Assembly: GCA_965199955.1 (NCBI GenBank)
Contig: CBDATQ010000002.1
Span: 1,130,374-1,194,373, forward strand
DNA: 64,000 bases
Origin: Spirochaetia bacterium
Lineage (GTDB): Bacteria; Spirochaetota; Spirochaetia; SZUA-6; Bin103
Direction: 5' to 3'
In this document: in pieces, positions 26,784 to 35,526 of the stretch
Layout of the letters: every line of letters starts with the position of its first letter
Numbering within the stretch: the stretch's first letter is position 1
Program-made: the position numbers and the translations under genes
The notes under the pieces: model-generated
What the model was told of the DNA's origin: nothing
Database searches by the model: none
Seen by the model: the letters and a program-made list of their open reading frames with translations, nothing else

Positions 26784-28394
26784 TCAGTTGTCCAGGGTGA
26801 TCCCGTCGTCTGTCACGCGCAGTCGCGTGATGCGGCTGTCGGCCTTTCCGTGCTCCATGATGTCGCCCATGTAGGTCACCAGCACCACGTCCGGCTCGAT
26901 CTCGACCGCGTGCTGGTTCGCCCAGATCGCGTAGTCGACGATGACCGGTGGCGACCAGGTGCGTCCGCCGTCGCGGCTGAGGTGGGCGGCGAAGTGGGGA
27001 TAGCGCGTGGTGGCGACCAGCGCTCCCGACCGCGTCGCGGTCAGCGACGGGCAGAAGCCGGGAAAGTGACCGATGGCGGCCGGCTGCCAGGTGCGCCCGC
27101 CGTCCTCGCTGCGAAGCTGCCACATGTACGGGTCACGGTCCGGCCGGCCGATCCCGACCAGTACGCCGGGGGCGGCCTCGTCCATGGCTACCTCGTAGTA
27201 ACGCGCGGCGTAACGGAGCATCGCGGGCGGCAGGTGCTGCTGGCGCGCATCCGCGTCGCAGACCACCGGCGCCGACCAGGTGCGGCCGTCGTCCGCGCTG
27301 CGCAGAGCCATGGCCGCCACGTACTGGCACTGCGTCGGCAGGATCGCCTCGTCCGGAGGGCTCACCATCATCGGCATGACCAGGGATCCGTCGCGCATCC
27401 GCACCGGCGGCCACGGTCCTCCGGCCTGCCACTCGGCAGGCCAGCCGCCGGCGATCGCCGTCACCGTCGGCCCCTGCCATGTCCGACCCTCGTCCGAGGA
27501 CTCGTAGGAGCGCAACGGTGCGCTTGCGTCATCGTGGTCGACGCGCATGCTCACCCAGGTCCCGTCGCGGCGGACGAACGCGCCGGCCAGTCTGCCGTCC
27601 CGTGGAGCCGGTTCCGGCTCTCCCCACGTCCTGCCGCCGTCCTCGGTACGGATCAGGACCGCCCGGCGGGTCTCGCCGAGGTTGGGATTGCCGAAGGTAA
27701 GGTAGAGCGTCGCGCGTCCGGGACCGCTCTTCAGCAGGGTCGCGTAGCTCTGGTAGGTGTCGGGGTCGACCTCCCGGCACGGAGTGATCCAGTGGGGGGC
27801 GGCCGGCGCAAGCCCATCCCATGCGCCTGGCGGACTCGGCGCTCCGGCGATCCGCAGCGCGTCGAACCGGGCCGCTTCGGGGTAAGGGGTCTGGATGGAG
27901 CCCAGGCCGATCCGGCCGGCCCGGTAGGTGTCGTCGTGGACGTCCGCGGCCGGGATGTCGTTGATCCATGCCTGCAGGCGACTGCCGGCTGCACGCACGC
28001 GGACCTCGTGCCAGCTCCCCAGCACCGCGCACAGCCCCGGCACCAGCCCAAAGCCGAGATAGCGCTGCAGCGGCGTGCCGTCGGCGACCACCATGCCCGC
28101 CCAGCACGCCCGCGAACGGAACTGCTGGCCGCCGACCGGCACGTCGAACGCGTAGAAACGGCGGCTGTCCTGGACTCGGAACAGGAACCGGACCGGATTG
28201 CTGGCGCGCAGGCGGAAGCGAAAAGTCGCCTCGAAGTCGCCGTACACGGCGTCGTCGCGCACCGCCAGGTGCTCGACGGCGGTGCCGTCGGGCGGGCACA
28301 GCGCGCCATCCGTGTCCTCCGTCCACCTGTCGCCCAGAAACGTCCATCCCGACCCGTCCGCAATGCGGAGCCGCGTCCCCGTGTCTGCGTCCAT
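26784..28394 (-). CDS. DUF1080/LamG-like (3-keto-disaccharide-hydrolase-type) domain fused to a BNR/sialidase beta-propeller
   Basis: ATG at 28394 after AAGGAG; 536 aa. N-terminal ..WTFLGDRWTEDTDGAL..YGDFEATFRFRL..FLFRVQD.. resembles a jelly-roll domain. Five Asp-boxes (TEDGGRTWG, SSDEGRTWQ, SADDGRTWS, SEDGGRTWQ, SRDGGRTWS). No signal peptide. Confidence 0.7.
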   Translation of the reverse strand: MDADTGTRLRIADGSGWTFLGDRWTEDTDGALCPPDGTAVEHLAVRDDAVYGDFEATFRFRLRASNPVRFLFRVQDSRRFYAFDVPVGGQQFRSRACWAGMVVADGTPLQRYLGFGLVPGLCAVLGSWHEVRVRAAGSRLQAWINDIPAADVHDDTYRAGRIGLGSIQTPYPEAARFDALRIAGAPSPPGAWDGLAPAAPHWITPCREVDPDTYQSYATLLKSGPGRATLYLTFGNPNLGETRRAVLIRTEDGGRTWGEPEPAPRDGRLAGAFVRRDGTWVSMRVDHDDASAPLRSYESSDEGRTWQGPTVTAIAGGWPAEWQAGGPWPPVRMRDGSLVMPMMVSPPDEAILPTQCQYVAAMALRSADDGRTWSAPVVCDADARQQHLPPAMLRYAARYYEVAMDEAAPGVLVGIGRPDRDPYMWQLRSEDGGRTWQPAAIGHFPGFCPSLTATRSGALVATTRYPHFAAHLSRDGGRTWSPPVIVDYAIWANQHAVEIEPDVVLVTYMGDIMEHGKADSRITRLRVTDDGITLDN

Positions 28395-28426
28395 CTGTTG
28401 CTCCTTTCCCGTGCGGGAGGAGGCGG

Positions 28427-30043
28427 TCAGTCGATCTGGTCGCGCCGCACGGGCGTCAGCGCGCCGTCCGCGACGCTCAGGTACTGGGCGCGCATCCGGG
28501 ACTCGAAGCTGTCGTAGTACACGTACAGCACCAGGTCGGGCCGCACCTCGAGCATCGATCCCATGACCCAGATCGAGCTGTCGATGATCGTCCCCTGCCA
28601 GGTTGCGCCGGCGTCGAAGCTGGCGTGCACGGTCATCATCGGCAGCCGGTGGGCGACCAGCAGGACTCCGGAGCTGGTCCGGAGCATGTTGGGAGTCGCG
28701 TAGCCGGGAAACGGGCCGCGCATGCACGGGGTCCAGGTGAGGCCGCCGTCATACGACCACGTCTCCCACATCCAGGGCGAGTAGACCGGCCGGATCAACG
28801 CAACCATCGTCCCGTCGGCCGTCTCGGCGCCGCACACCTCGGTGAGGTCGAGGGAGCCGGGGACCGGCTCCCCCTTGCCGTTGACCGCGTGGTCGATGTT
28901 GACCAGGGGTGACCAGGTGGCGCCGTTGTCGGTCGAGCGGCAGGTGAAGGCGCGGCAGTGGACGGCGCCCCAGGTATGGATGAGCTCGTGACCGGGCCCG
29001 GACTGGTGGCCGCCGTACAGGAACATGACGACGGTACCGTCGTCGAGGTTGGCGAACACCTGGGGACCCATGTGCAGGCCGGCCATGCCGTCCGGCATCG
29101 GTCCCAGGTCGAGGGGCCGCGGCCAACCGACGGTTCGGATGTCATCGGACACGTCGGCCAGCGCGAACGTGCCGTCCGCGTCCGTGGACAGCCGGCGTAC
29201 CTGGCCGTCGGGGAACCGGTGCAGGGTGCCGCGCACCGTCCACGGATCGTCGTCCACGGTGCCGGTGACCTTCGGTGCGCTCCAGGTCCTGCCGTCGTCG
29301 GCGGACCGGGTCATCAGGTGGCTGGTGGCGCCCGCGGGTCCCGGCCGGCTGGCGTTGTAGGTGAGCACCAGCTCGCCGTCACCGGCTCGCAACAAGGTCT
29401 GCGGCTTCTGCCAGACGCCGTGTTCGGCGTCTTCGACCGGGTAGAACCAGTTGGCCGGCTGCTCGACCGAGTCGTCCCAGCCGGCGCCCGGCGCCGGCTC
29501 GCCGTCGATGCGCACGGCGCGGACGCGTGCGCGCCCGAAGACGAATAGCCCCGTGCAGCCCGCCCCGTCGGGCAGACCGCGGTGCTCGAAGACGCCGCGG
29601 CCGTCGATCCGCGCGCGCAGCTCGCCGCCGCGTACCTCCACCTCCACGTCGTGCCAGATCCGGGTGCTCGAGGCGACGCGGTTGACCATGGCGAGCTGGT
29701 CGACGCGCAGGCAGCCGCTCGCGTCCATGCGCGACAGCGCGGTCCAGAAGTGCTGTGCGCGGTATCCCTGGCCACAGCAGGGGAAGTGCAGGAGGGTAAA
29801 GTCGCAGCGGTTGCGGGCGCGGAAGATCAGGCCGACGTCGCTGTGCGCCACGTCGTGGCATGCCTGGAAGGTGGCGCGGAAGTCCCGGTACGACGCGTCG
29901 GTCGCGAACGCGAACCGGCACCCCTGCATGCCGCACTCGGTGTTGGCGTCGAAGGCGTCGACCGGCGCCATGCGGCTGTCGTCACCGGCTCGCCACTCGC
30001 CGCCGGCGCAGGTCCATGTGCGCGTCCCGTCCAGATCGATCAT
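28427..30043 (-). CDS. DUF1080/LamG-like domain fused to a BNR/sialidase beta-propeller (paralogue)
   Basis: 538 aa from MIDLDGTRTWTCAGGEWRAGDD..; Asp-boxes SADDGRTWS, STDNGATWS, SYDGGLTWT, SFDAGATWQ. The ATG shares 1 nt with the PIN-gene stop. Confidence 0.7.
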   Translation of the reverse strand: MIDLDGTRTWTCAGGEWRAGDDSRMAPVDAFDANTECGMQGCRFAFATDASYRDFRATFQACHDVAHSDVGLIFRARNRCDFTLLHFPCCGQGYRAQHFWTALSRMDASGCLRVDQLAMVNRVASSTRIWHDVEVEVRGGELRARIDGRGVFEHRGLPDGAGCTGLFVFGRARVRAVRIDGEPAPGAGWDDSVEQPANWFYPVEDAEHGVWQKPQTLLRAGDGELVLTYNASRPGPAGATSHLMTRSADDGRTWSAPKVTGTVDDDPWTVRGTLHRFPDGQVRRLSTDADGTFALADVSDDIRTVGWPRPLDLGPMPDGMAGLHMGPQVFANLDDGTVVMFLYGGHQSGPGHELIHTWGAVHCRAFTCRSTDNGATWSPLVNIDHAVNGKGEPVPGSLDLTEVCGAETADGTMVALIRPVYSPWMWETWSYDGGLTWTPCMRGPFPGYATPNMLRTSSGVLLVAHRLPMMTVHASFDAGATWQGTIIDSSIWVMGSMLEVRPDLVLYVYYDSFESRMRAQYLSVADGALTPVRRDQID

Positions 30044-30465
30044 CACAGCACCGTGCGCTGCAGCGACTGGACGAAATGTATCCCGTCGACGTTCGTGTGG
30101 TTCAGCCGGTCGTCGTTGGTCATGAACAGGTCGCAGTTGGCCACCGATGCGCAGGCGAGCTGGACCGCGTCGGAGGCGGAGATCTGCCATGCTGCGCGGA
30201 TCTCCGCGAAGCGCCGGGCCGCGCGCGCGTCGAAGGGCAGCACGGTGGCTCCGGCCGGAATCGCGCGTTCGATCTCGGCCTGGACGGTCTCGTTCTTGTG
30301 CTCGACGGGGTGGACGAGCACCTCGCCTATCGTCAGCGCCGACGTGAGCAGCTCGTCGCCCCTCTCCAGCATGCGCCGGCGGAGATCCGCCGCCCGCCTG
30401 GAGGGCTCGCCGAAGCTCTGCAGCAAGTACAGGAACAGGTTCGTGTCCCAGAAGATACGGCTCAT
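30043..30465 (-). CDS. vapC: PIN-domain ribonuclease toxin
   Basis: 140 aa, MSRIFWDTNLFLYLL.. with the D/E/D/D PIN acidic set (WDTN, GEV, SASD, TNDD). 4-nt ATGA overlap with the upstream partner. Confidence 0.8.
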   Translation of the reverse strand: MSRIFWDTNLFLYLLQSFGEPSRRAADLRRRMLERGDELLTSALTIGEVLVHPVEHKNETVQAEIERAIPAGATVLPFDARAARRFAEIRAAWQISASDAVQLACASVANCDLFMTNDDRLNHTNVDGIHFVQSLQRTVL

Positions 30466-30953
30466 CGGCTCGACTCGCGGAGGCGCCGCACCAGCGTGTC
30501 GGCCGCTTCGGTCGAGCGGAGCGACTTGCCGATGTCGAGCAGGGACAGGATCGGGTCGACCGGAATCGGGATGGTGGCTGGTCCCACATACTCGGAGCTG
30601 TACCAGTCGACCAGATTGCGGTATCCCCAGGGGAGCTCTTCGGTGCGCGGGACGCTCTTTCCGCCCCGGCGGTCGGGGTGGTAGGGGTCGCCCGGCCGGA
30701 ACAGCCGGCGGCGCCCGCGTTCGGTTTCGATCAACATCCGGTAGCGGCCAGGATTGGGCGCCTTGCTGGCGACGCAGTGCTGGGAGGCATGTACCACGAA
30801 GCCCGGGCGCAGCGGCCCCGCGCCGTTCGCCTCCGCGGCCGCGCGCCGGCTGATCTCGGAGACCGTGAAGTCATCGCGGTCGGGATGCTGTTTGTGCAGG
30901 AGCGCCGTGGCCACCCACACTTCGTCTGCAACTCGTATTCTCTCTTTTGCCAT
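30462..30953 (-). CDS. Putative antitoxin / PIN partner, unusually long (163 aa), family unknown
   Basis: MAKERIRVADEVWVATALLHKQHPDRDDFTVSEI... . The C-terminal tail VDPILSLLDIGKSL..LVRRLRESSR resembles PIN-partner tails. Its position and overlap are typical of a type II antitoxin. Confidence 0.5.
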   Translation of the reverse strand: MAKERIRVADEVWVATALLHKQHPDRDDFTVSEISRRAAAEANGAGPLRPGFVVHASQHCVASKAPNPGRYRMLIETERGRRRLFRPGDPYHPDRRGGKSVPRTEELPWGYRNLVDWYSSEYVGPATIPIPVDPILSLLDIGKSLRSTEAADTLVRRLRESSR

Positions 30954-30954
30954 G

Positions 30955-30967
30955 TATACCTGGTATA
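30955..30967. promoter_or_regulatory. 13-bp perfect palindrome at the start codon of the PIN partner gene
   Basis: TATACC-T-GGTATA lies immediately upstream of the ATG (30953) in an AT-richer patch. It is a likely autoregulatory operator or -10 region. Confidence 0.45.
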
Positions 30968-31041
30968 TCGGAGAGGAGATCCGTTCTCTTGAGCGGATCC
31001 GCACGGCGTGACGGCCGGACGCGTTCGGGCGCCCGAGTGCG

Positions 31042-32052
31042 TCAGGGCGTCGAGCAGACCTCCGCCTCGGCACGCGCCAGCAGTGCCTTCATGTACCCGA
31101 TCGTGTAGGCGGTTTCGGCGCGGCCGTCGTCGCTCATGATCGGGATGTGGTCCGGGATCAGCACGCCGCGGAAGCCCACGGCCTGCAGCTCCCTCATCAC
31201 GGGGTACATGTCGGCGTAGCCGTCGTCCACGAAGGTCTCCACGAAGTGCGGCAACGGGGCGTTCACGTTGCGGAAGTGGACCTTGTGGATCTTGCCCTGC
31301 GCGCCGAAGTGGCGGATGGACTCGATCGCCCCCTTGCCCATCAGGTCGCCGCCCTCCAGCCAGCAGCCCACGCAGAAGCAGATGCCGACGTTGGGGCTGT
31401 CGGCGATCTCCATGGCGCGCTGGTAGCCGTCGAAGCTCGAGAAGATGCAACGCGGCACGCCCGCCAGCATCGGCAGCGGCGGATCGTCGGGATGGATCCC
31501 GATCAGGACGCCCGCGTCCTCGGCGACCGGCGCCACCTCTCGGATGAAGTGGCTGAAGTTGTCCCAGATCTCCTGTTCCGAGTACTCGCGCCCGTGCGAA
31601 AGCGGCAGGTGGTAGCACCGGTCCTGCCACCTGCCCGACGGGTCGTCCTCCATGTCCAGGGCGCGCGCCGACGCGCCGCCGCGGGTCTCCTCGCGGCCGC
31701 TGGTCCAGATGCCGTTGGCCATGTGGGCGTAGGTGGTGTAGGGGATGCCGGCCTTGCCGAGCGCCCGCAGGTGGCGCTGGTACTCGGCGATCTTGGCGTC
31801 GCGGTCGGCCAGGTTCAGGACGATGGCGTCCTGGTTGTGTACGCCGGAGTTGCCGAAGCCGTAGATCGTCAGCCCGTGCTTCTCGAACAGCTCGCGCCGG
31901 CTCGCGTAGTAGTCGTAGCCGGCGTGCTCGGGACCGGTCCACGCCACGGCGTACTCGACGCCCATCTGCCGTACGAAGCGGAAGTCGGACTCGGTGGGCT
32001 CGGCGCTCATCTGCGCCGCGATCTTCATTCCCGTGGGGATCGATTCGCTCAT
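31042..32052 (-). CDS. uxuA: Mannonate dehydratase (short form)
   Basis: 336 aa with conserved IHPDDPP, KIHKVHFRNV and IPDH motifs of the UxuA family. Confidence 0.8.
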   Translation of the reverse strand: MSESIPTGMKIAAQMSAEPTESDFRFVRQMGVEYAVAWTGPEHAGYDYYASRRELFEKHGLTIYGFGNSGVHNQDAIVLNLADRDAKIAEYQRHLRALGKAGIPYTTYAHMANGIWTSGREETRGGASARALDMEDDPSGRWQDRCYHLPLSHGREYSEQEIWDNFSHFIREVAPVAEDAGVLIGIHPDDPPLPMLAGVPRCIFSSFDGYQRAMEIADSPNVGICFCVGCWLEGGDLMGKGAIESIRHFGAQGKIHKVHFRNVNAPLPHFVETFVDDGYADMYPVMRELQAVGFRGVLIPDHIPIMSDDGRAETAYTIGYMKALLARAEAEVCSTP

Positions 32053-32285
32053 GTCGTCGTCTCCTCCCGGACCAGGGCGCCGTTTCGGTGCTCCCTCAGC
32101 GACACCCGCAGATCCGTGCCGGCCTCCAGGCCGGTGAGCTCAATACTATGCACCCGTCCGTCAGCGAGCGAGACCTCGATGTCGTCCGGTCCCGACGCGT
32201 GTACCTCGCGTATGGCGGCCGAGTTGCGGAACGGCTCCAGTACGTTGAGGAAGCGGGCTTCCTTGCGGTAGTACTTGACCGCGAT
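32049..32285 (-). pseudogene. Orphan C-terminal gene fragment (unknown parent; ends with ATGA overlap onto uxuA)
   Basis: IAVKYYRKEARFLNVLEPFRNSAAIREVHASGPDDIEVSLADGRVHSIELTGLEAGTDLRVSL.. has coding character, but the upstream part of the frame is non-coding-like. It abuts the permease fragment at about 32285. Confidence 0.4.
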
Positions 32286-32599
32286 CGGTTGGCGACTTCG
32301 TACTGGAGCAACGCCGTGAGCACGCCGAACACCGTGGGCGTGACCACGAACGCGACGCTGTAGCCGATCGTGTTGCGCATGAGCAGCGTGAAGTCCTGGG
32401 ACGTGAACAGGTAGTCGAAGTTCCTGAATCCCACCCACGGGCTGCCGAAGATGCCGCGGTTGAATTTGTAGTTCTTGAACGCCATGACGACCCCGCCCAT
32501 CGGCAGATAGTGAAACAGCAGCAGGTAGATGAGTGCCGGCGCGGCCAGCGCCGTGTATTCGAGCGACGAGCGGAGTCGCCGTCGCTTCAGCGCCGTCAA
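32285..32599 (-). pseudogene. N-terminal ~105-codon fragment of an LplB-type permease
   Basis: MTALKRRRLRSSLEYTALAAPALIYLLLFHYLPMGGVVMAFKNYKFNRGIFGSPWVGFRNFDYLF.. matches the first third of 23951-24922 and 50660-51670, then the similarity is lost. Confidence 0.65.
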
Positions 32600-32624
32600 C
32601 GGCTCCCGACGCTCCGCCCGAGGG

Positions 32625-33593
32625 CTAATCGGCGAAGTCGGCCGCTTCGCGAGGGGCGAACGGGTAGGGGCTGCCGGTGTCGTGCAGGTGCTGGATCAGG
32701 TGCTGGTACTTCAGCATCTCGGCGAGCTTGCTGCGCCATTGCGTGGCGTAGAAGGCGGTGTGCTCCGAGAAGTAGCGCCGCGTCTCGGGCGCCGTGCCGT
32801 CCAGGTAGTCGGGGGCCAGGAACCACGGCTGATCGCTGTACTGATCGAGCCCGCGCCGGGCCAGCGTGGCTTCGGTCACGCGCCGCTTGCGGAAGCTGAT
32901 CATGAAGGTACGGCGGGGCGGCTCGCGGTGGTAGCGGCCGCGGTGGATGACGATCTGGTTGAACAGCACGGCGTCCCCCGGTTGCAGGGCGAGGCGGACC
33001 GCGCCCGGCATGTCGTGGGAGCGCCGGTTGGCGCCGTCGTCGTCCACGCAGATGTGCCGCTCCGCGTCGGTGAAGTCGCGCACGTGGGAGCCCGGGACGA
33101 CCTGCAGGTCCTCGCTCGGGACCAGCGCGACCTGCACCTGCAGGCCGCTGCCGGTGGCGTGGTCGCGCGGATCGTCGGCTTCCGGGCCGATCGCGTCCTT
33201 GTGCCAGAAGCCGTCGAGCGGCTCGCCGACAGGGTTGAAGTACATGCTGGTGCTGGTGAACACGGAGGGCTCGCCCAGCGCCTGGTCGACCGCGTCCAGC
33301 ACGGCCGGCGCCGCCGCGGCGTCCAGGACGGCGGCCAGGTCCTCGGGCCGGCCGCGGTGGTAGGCGGGGTTGTTCAGGTGGCGCATGTGGTTGGCGAGCG
33401 AGTCGACCGGCGGGTTGTCGCTCAGGGGGCGCTCCCGCCACTGGGCGAGGACCCGCTCGCAGATCGGCAGCAGCCGCGCGACGCGGTCGGCGTCGAAGAT
33501 GCCGCGGACGACCGCGTAGCCGGTGCGGCGGTACCCGTCGCCGGGGTCCGTGTTGATGGCAGGTTGCGTCATTTCGTTCCCGGTCTCAGTCAT
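32625..33593 (-). CDS. PhyH-family 2OG/Fe(II) oxygenase
   Basis: ATG at 33593, 8 nt after AAGGAG; 322 aa with an HKD...H triad. Confidence 0.7.
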   Translation of the reverse strand: MTETGNEMTQPAINTDPGDGYRRTGYAVVRGIFDADRVARLLPICERVLAQWRERPLSDNPPVDSLANHMRHLNNPAYHRGRPEDLAAVLDAAAAPAVLDAVDQALGEPSVFTSTSMYFNPVGEPLDGFWHKDAIGPEADDPRDHATGSGLQVQVALVPSEDLQVVPGSHVRDFTDAERHICVDDDGANRRSHDMPGAVRLALQPGDAVLFNQIVIHRGRYHREPPRRTFMISFRKRRVTEATLARRGLDQYSDQPWFLAPDYLDGTAPETRRYFSEHTAFYATQWRSKLAEMLKYQHLIQHLHDTGSPYPFAPREAADFAD

Positions 33594-33607
33594 CGTTTGA
33601 GCTCCTT

Positions 33608-34708
33608 TCAGGCATAGAGCCATTCGATGTCGAAGATGGCGCCCTTGAGCGACATGGCCGCCCGGCCGAGCTTGCCCGGATGCTCCGGGTTCTCCATCTG
33701 CGAAGTCAGGTAGGTGACGACCGCCTTCCCCTCACGCGTGTAGGAGCAGGCGACGTTCGTGAATTCGATGACGGGATCGTCTTCCAGATCCCTGGGTGGG
33801 CCCCAGGTGGTTCCACCATCGGTGGACACCGCGCAGGTCAGCGGCGTGCGCTTGCCGGAGTGGTCGTAGGTGGGGTCGAACTCCGAGTGGTTCCAGATCA
33901 GCAGCAGGTCGCCGGTCGTAGGGATGCGCGTCAGGCTCGGCATCGACTCGCAGCAGGACAGCCCGGAAGTCTGCGGCAGGCTCCAGGTCTCGCCGCGATC
34001 CGTCGAGCGGCTCAGGAACACTGAGCCGAGCTGGTTGCGCATGCACATCTGCAGCCCGCCCTGCGCGGTCTCGACGACGTGGTTCTCCATGGTCCCGCGC
34101 AGCGGCAATTGCACGAGGCTTGCCGGCGGCCGCCACGTCCGGCCGTCGTCATCGCTCACGAAACAGCCCGACCGGGAGGTCATCGCGGGGTAGGAGCCCC
34201 ACACCGGCAGGTACTCGACCGACTTCAGCAGTCGTCCGTCGTCCAGCCGCGTGAAGGTGTGGTTGGCGCAGCCGTAGCCCTCGTGGTCCCAGATGCGGCT
34301 CTCCTCGCCCCACGTGCGCCCGCCGTCGGCGGAGCGGCGCAGGCAGCCGGATGCCTGCAACGGCTCGTTCCACACCAGTCGGTGGTACTGCAGGTAGAAG
34401 AACAACAGCTCGCCACCCGGCAGGACGATCAGGCTGGGGTTGTAGACGCTGTGGATGTCGCCGCCCGGCGACTGCTCGATGCGATGCTCGCCCCAGGTCA
34501 GGCCGCCGTCGGTCGAGCGCATGGACGCGATGCTGGACGGCGCCTCGTCGTGGCCGCCGAGCTCGCTGGCATGCATCTCGATCCAGACCATGAACAGGCT
34601 GCCGTCGTCGAGCTGCACGATCGACGCCGAATCGTTGCGCGGATGGGCGTCGGTCGCCGGCGCGATCTCAACGTAGGTGACAAGCCGGTCGCTGCGGCGG
34701 CCCTCCAT
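33608..34708 (-). CDS. BNR/sialidase-fold beta-propeller protein
   Basis: 366 aa with five Asp-boxes (STDGGLTWG, SADGGRTWG, SDDDGRTWR, STDRGETWS, STDGGTTWG). No signal peptide. The start shares 1 nt with the upstream stop. Confidence 0.8.
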   Translation of the reverse strand: MEGRRSDRLVTYVEIAPATDAHPRNDSASIVQLDDGSLFMVWIEMHASELGGHDEAPSSIASMRSTDGGLTWGEHRIEQSPGGDIHSVYNPSLIVLPGGELLFFYLQYHRLVWNEPLQASGCLRRSADGGRTWGEESRIWDHEGYGCANHTFTRLDDGRLLKSVEYLPVWGSYPAMTSRSGCFVSDDDGRTWRPPASLVQLPLRGTMENHVVETAQGGLQMCMRNQLGSVFLSRSTDRGETWSLPQTSGLSCCESMPSLTRIPTTGDLLLIWNHSEFDPTYDHSGKRTPLTCAVSTDGGTTWGPPRDLEDDPVIEFTNVACSYTREGKAVVTYLTSQMENPEHPGKLGRAAMSLKGAIFDIEWLYA

Positions 34709-35469
34709 CAGATCTTCCCGGCCTTGCGGAGGTCGTCGGCGAGCTCGCGCTGGTAGGCCTCGTGCTCCTCGGTGCGCTCGCGGGCGCTTGCGCCATAGTA
34801 GATCATGCCGACCGCGCGGCGCTGGCGGTCGGCCGCCCGGTTGGCGCCGGCGCGGTGGATGGTCAGCGCGTGGTGGGCGATCAGGTCGCCGGCCGCGGCC
34901 GGGCAGGCCACCTCGTCAGCCAGATCCTTCCGGTTGCCGAAGTCGGGGACCCCCTGCGAGAAGCCCAGGGTCTGCGTGCGTTGATGGTCGCGCACGCCGC
35001 GCAGGTGCGAGCCGCGCACGAAGTGCAGGCAGCCGTTCTCCTCGTCCACGTCGTCGAGCGCCAGCCACAGGGTCAGTGCGGAGCACGGCTCCAGGTGGAA
35101 GTAGAACCCGTCCTGGTGCGGCGGAGTCGCCTTGCTCAGGCCGCCGGGCGGCTTGATGAAGATCTGCTGGTTGATGGGCCGAGACTCCTCGCCGAGCAGC
35201 AGCGCCGCCATCTGCGGCATGGCGCCGCGGTGCAGCAGGGCATGGAAGTACCGGTCGTGATCGGCCAGGCGGACGAGCTGCTTGAGCGTCTCCGGCCGGC
35301 TCTTGTCCTCGTAGTAGGCGTCGGTGCCGGGAATGGCCGGCACCACCTCGGCGACGTAACGGTCGAGCTCCGCCAGCACCTCGGCGACTTGGCTTGGCGA
35401 GTAGAAGCGCTCGATGCGGACGAAGCCGTCCTCCGCGAAGCGCTCCTCGGGGGAATCAGCGTTCCTCAT
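34708..35469 (-). CDS. Phytanoyl-CoA dioxygenase family 2OG/Fe(II) oxygenase
   Basis: 253 aa with HQD...H triad (PPHQDGFY, LTIHRAG). Confidence 0.8.
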   Translation of the reverse strand: MRNADSPEERFAEDGFVRIERFYSPSQVAEVLAELDRYVAEVVPAIPGTDAYYEDKSRPETLKQLVRLADHDRYFHALLHRGAMPQMAALLLGEESRPINQQIFIKPPGGLSKATPPHQDGFYFHLEPCSALTLWLALDDVDEENGCLHFVRGSHLRGVRDHQRTQTLGFSQGVPDFGNRKDLADEVACPAAAGDLIAHHALTIHRAGANRAADRQRRAVGMIYYGASARERTEEHEAYQRELADDLRKAGKI

Positions 35470-35499
35470 CGCAAGCGACCGTAGGAGCGGACCGTCCGT

Positions 35500-35518
35500 C
35501 CGTCAACCTGCTACCCTG
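35500..35518 (+). promoter_or_regulatory. Shared promoter-proximal motif CCGTC(A/C)ACCTGCTACC(C/A)TG
   Basis: CCGTCAACCTGCTACCCTG ends 9 nt before the TTG at 35527. A near-identical copy (CCGTCCACCTGCTACCATG) lies at 40459-40477, 6 nt before the ATG at 40483. Both contain a TGnTAnnnT extended -10. Confidence 0.45.
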
Positions 35519-35526
35519 TCGCCACG

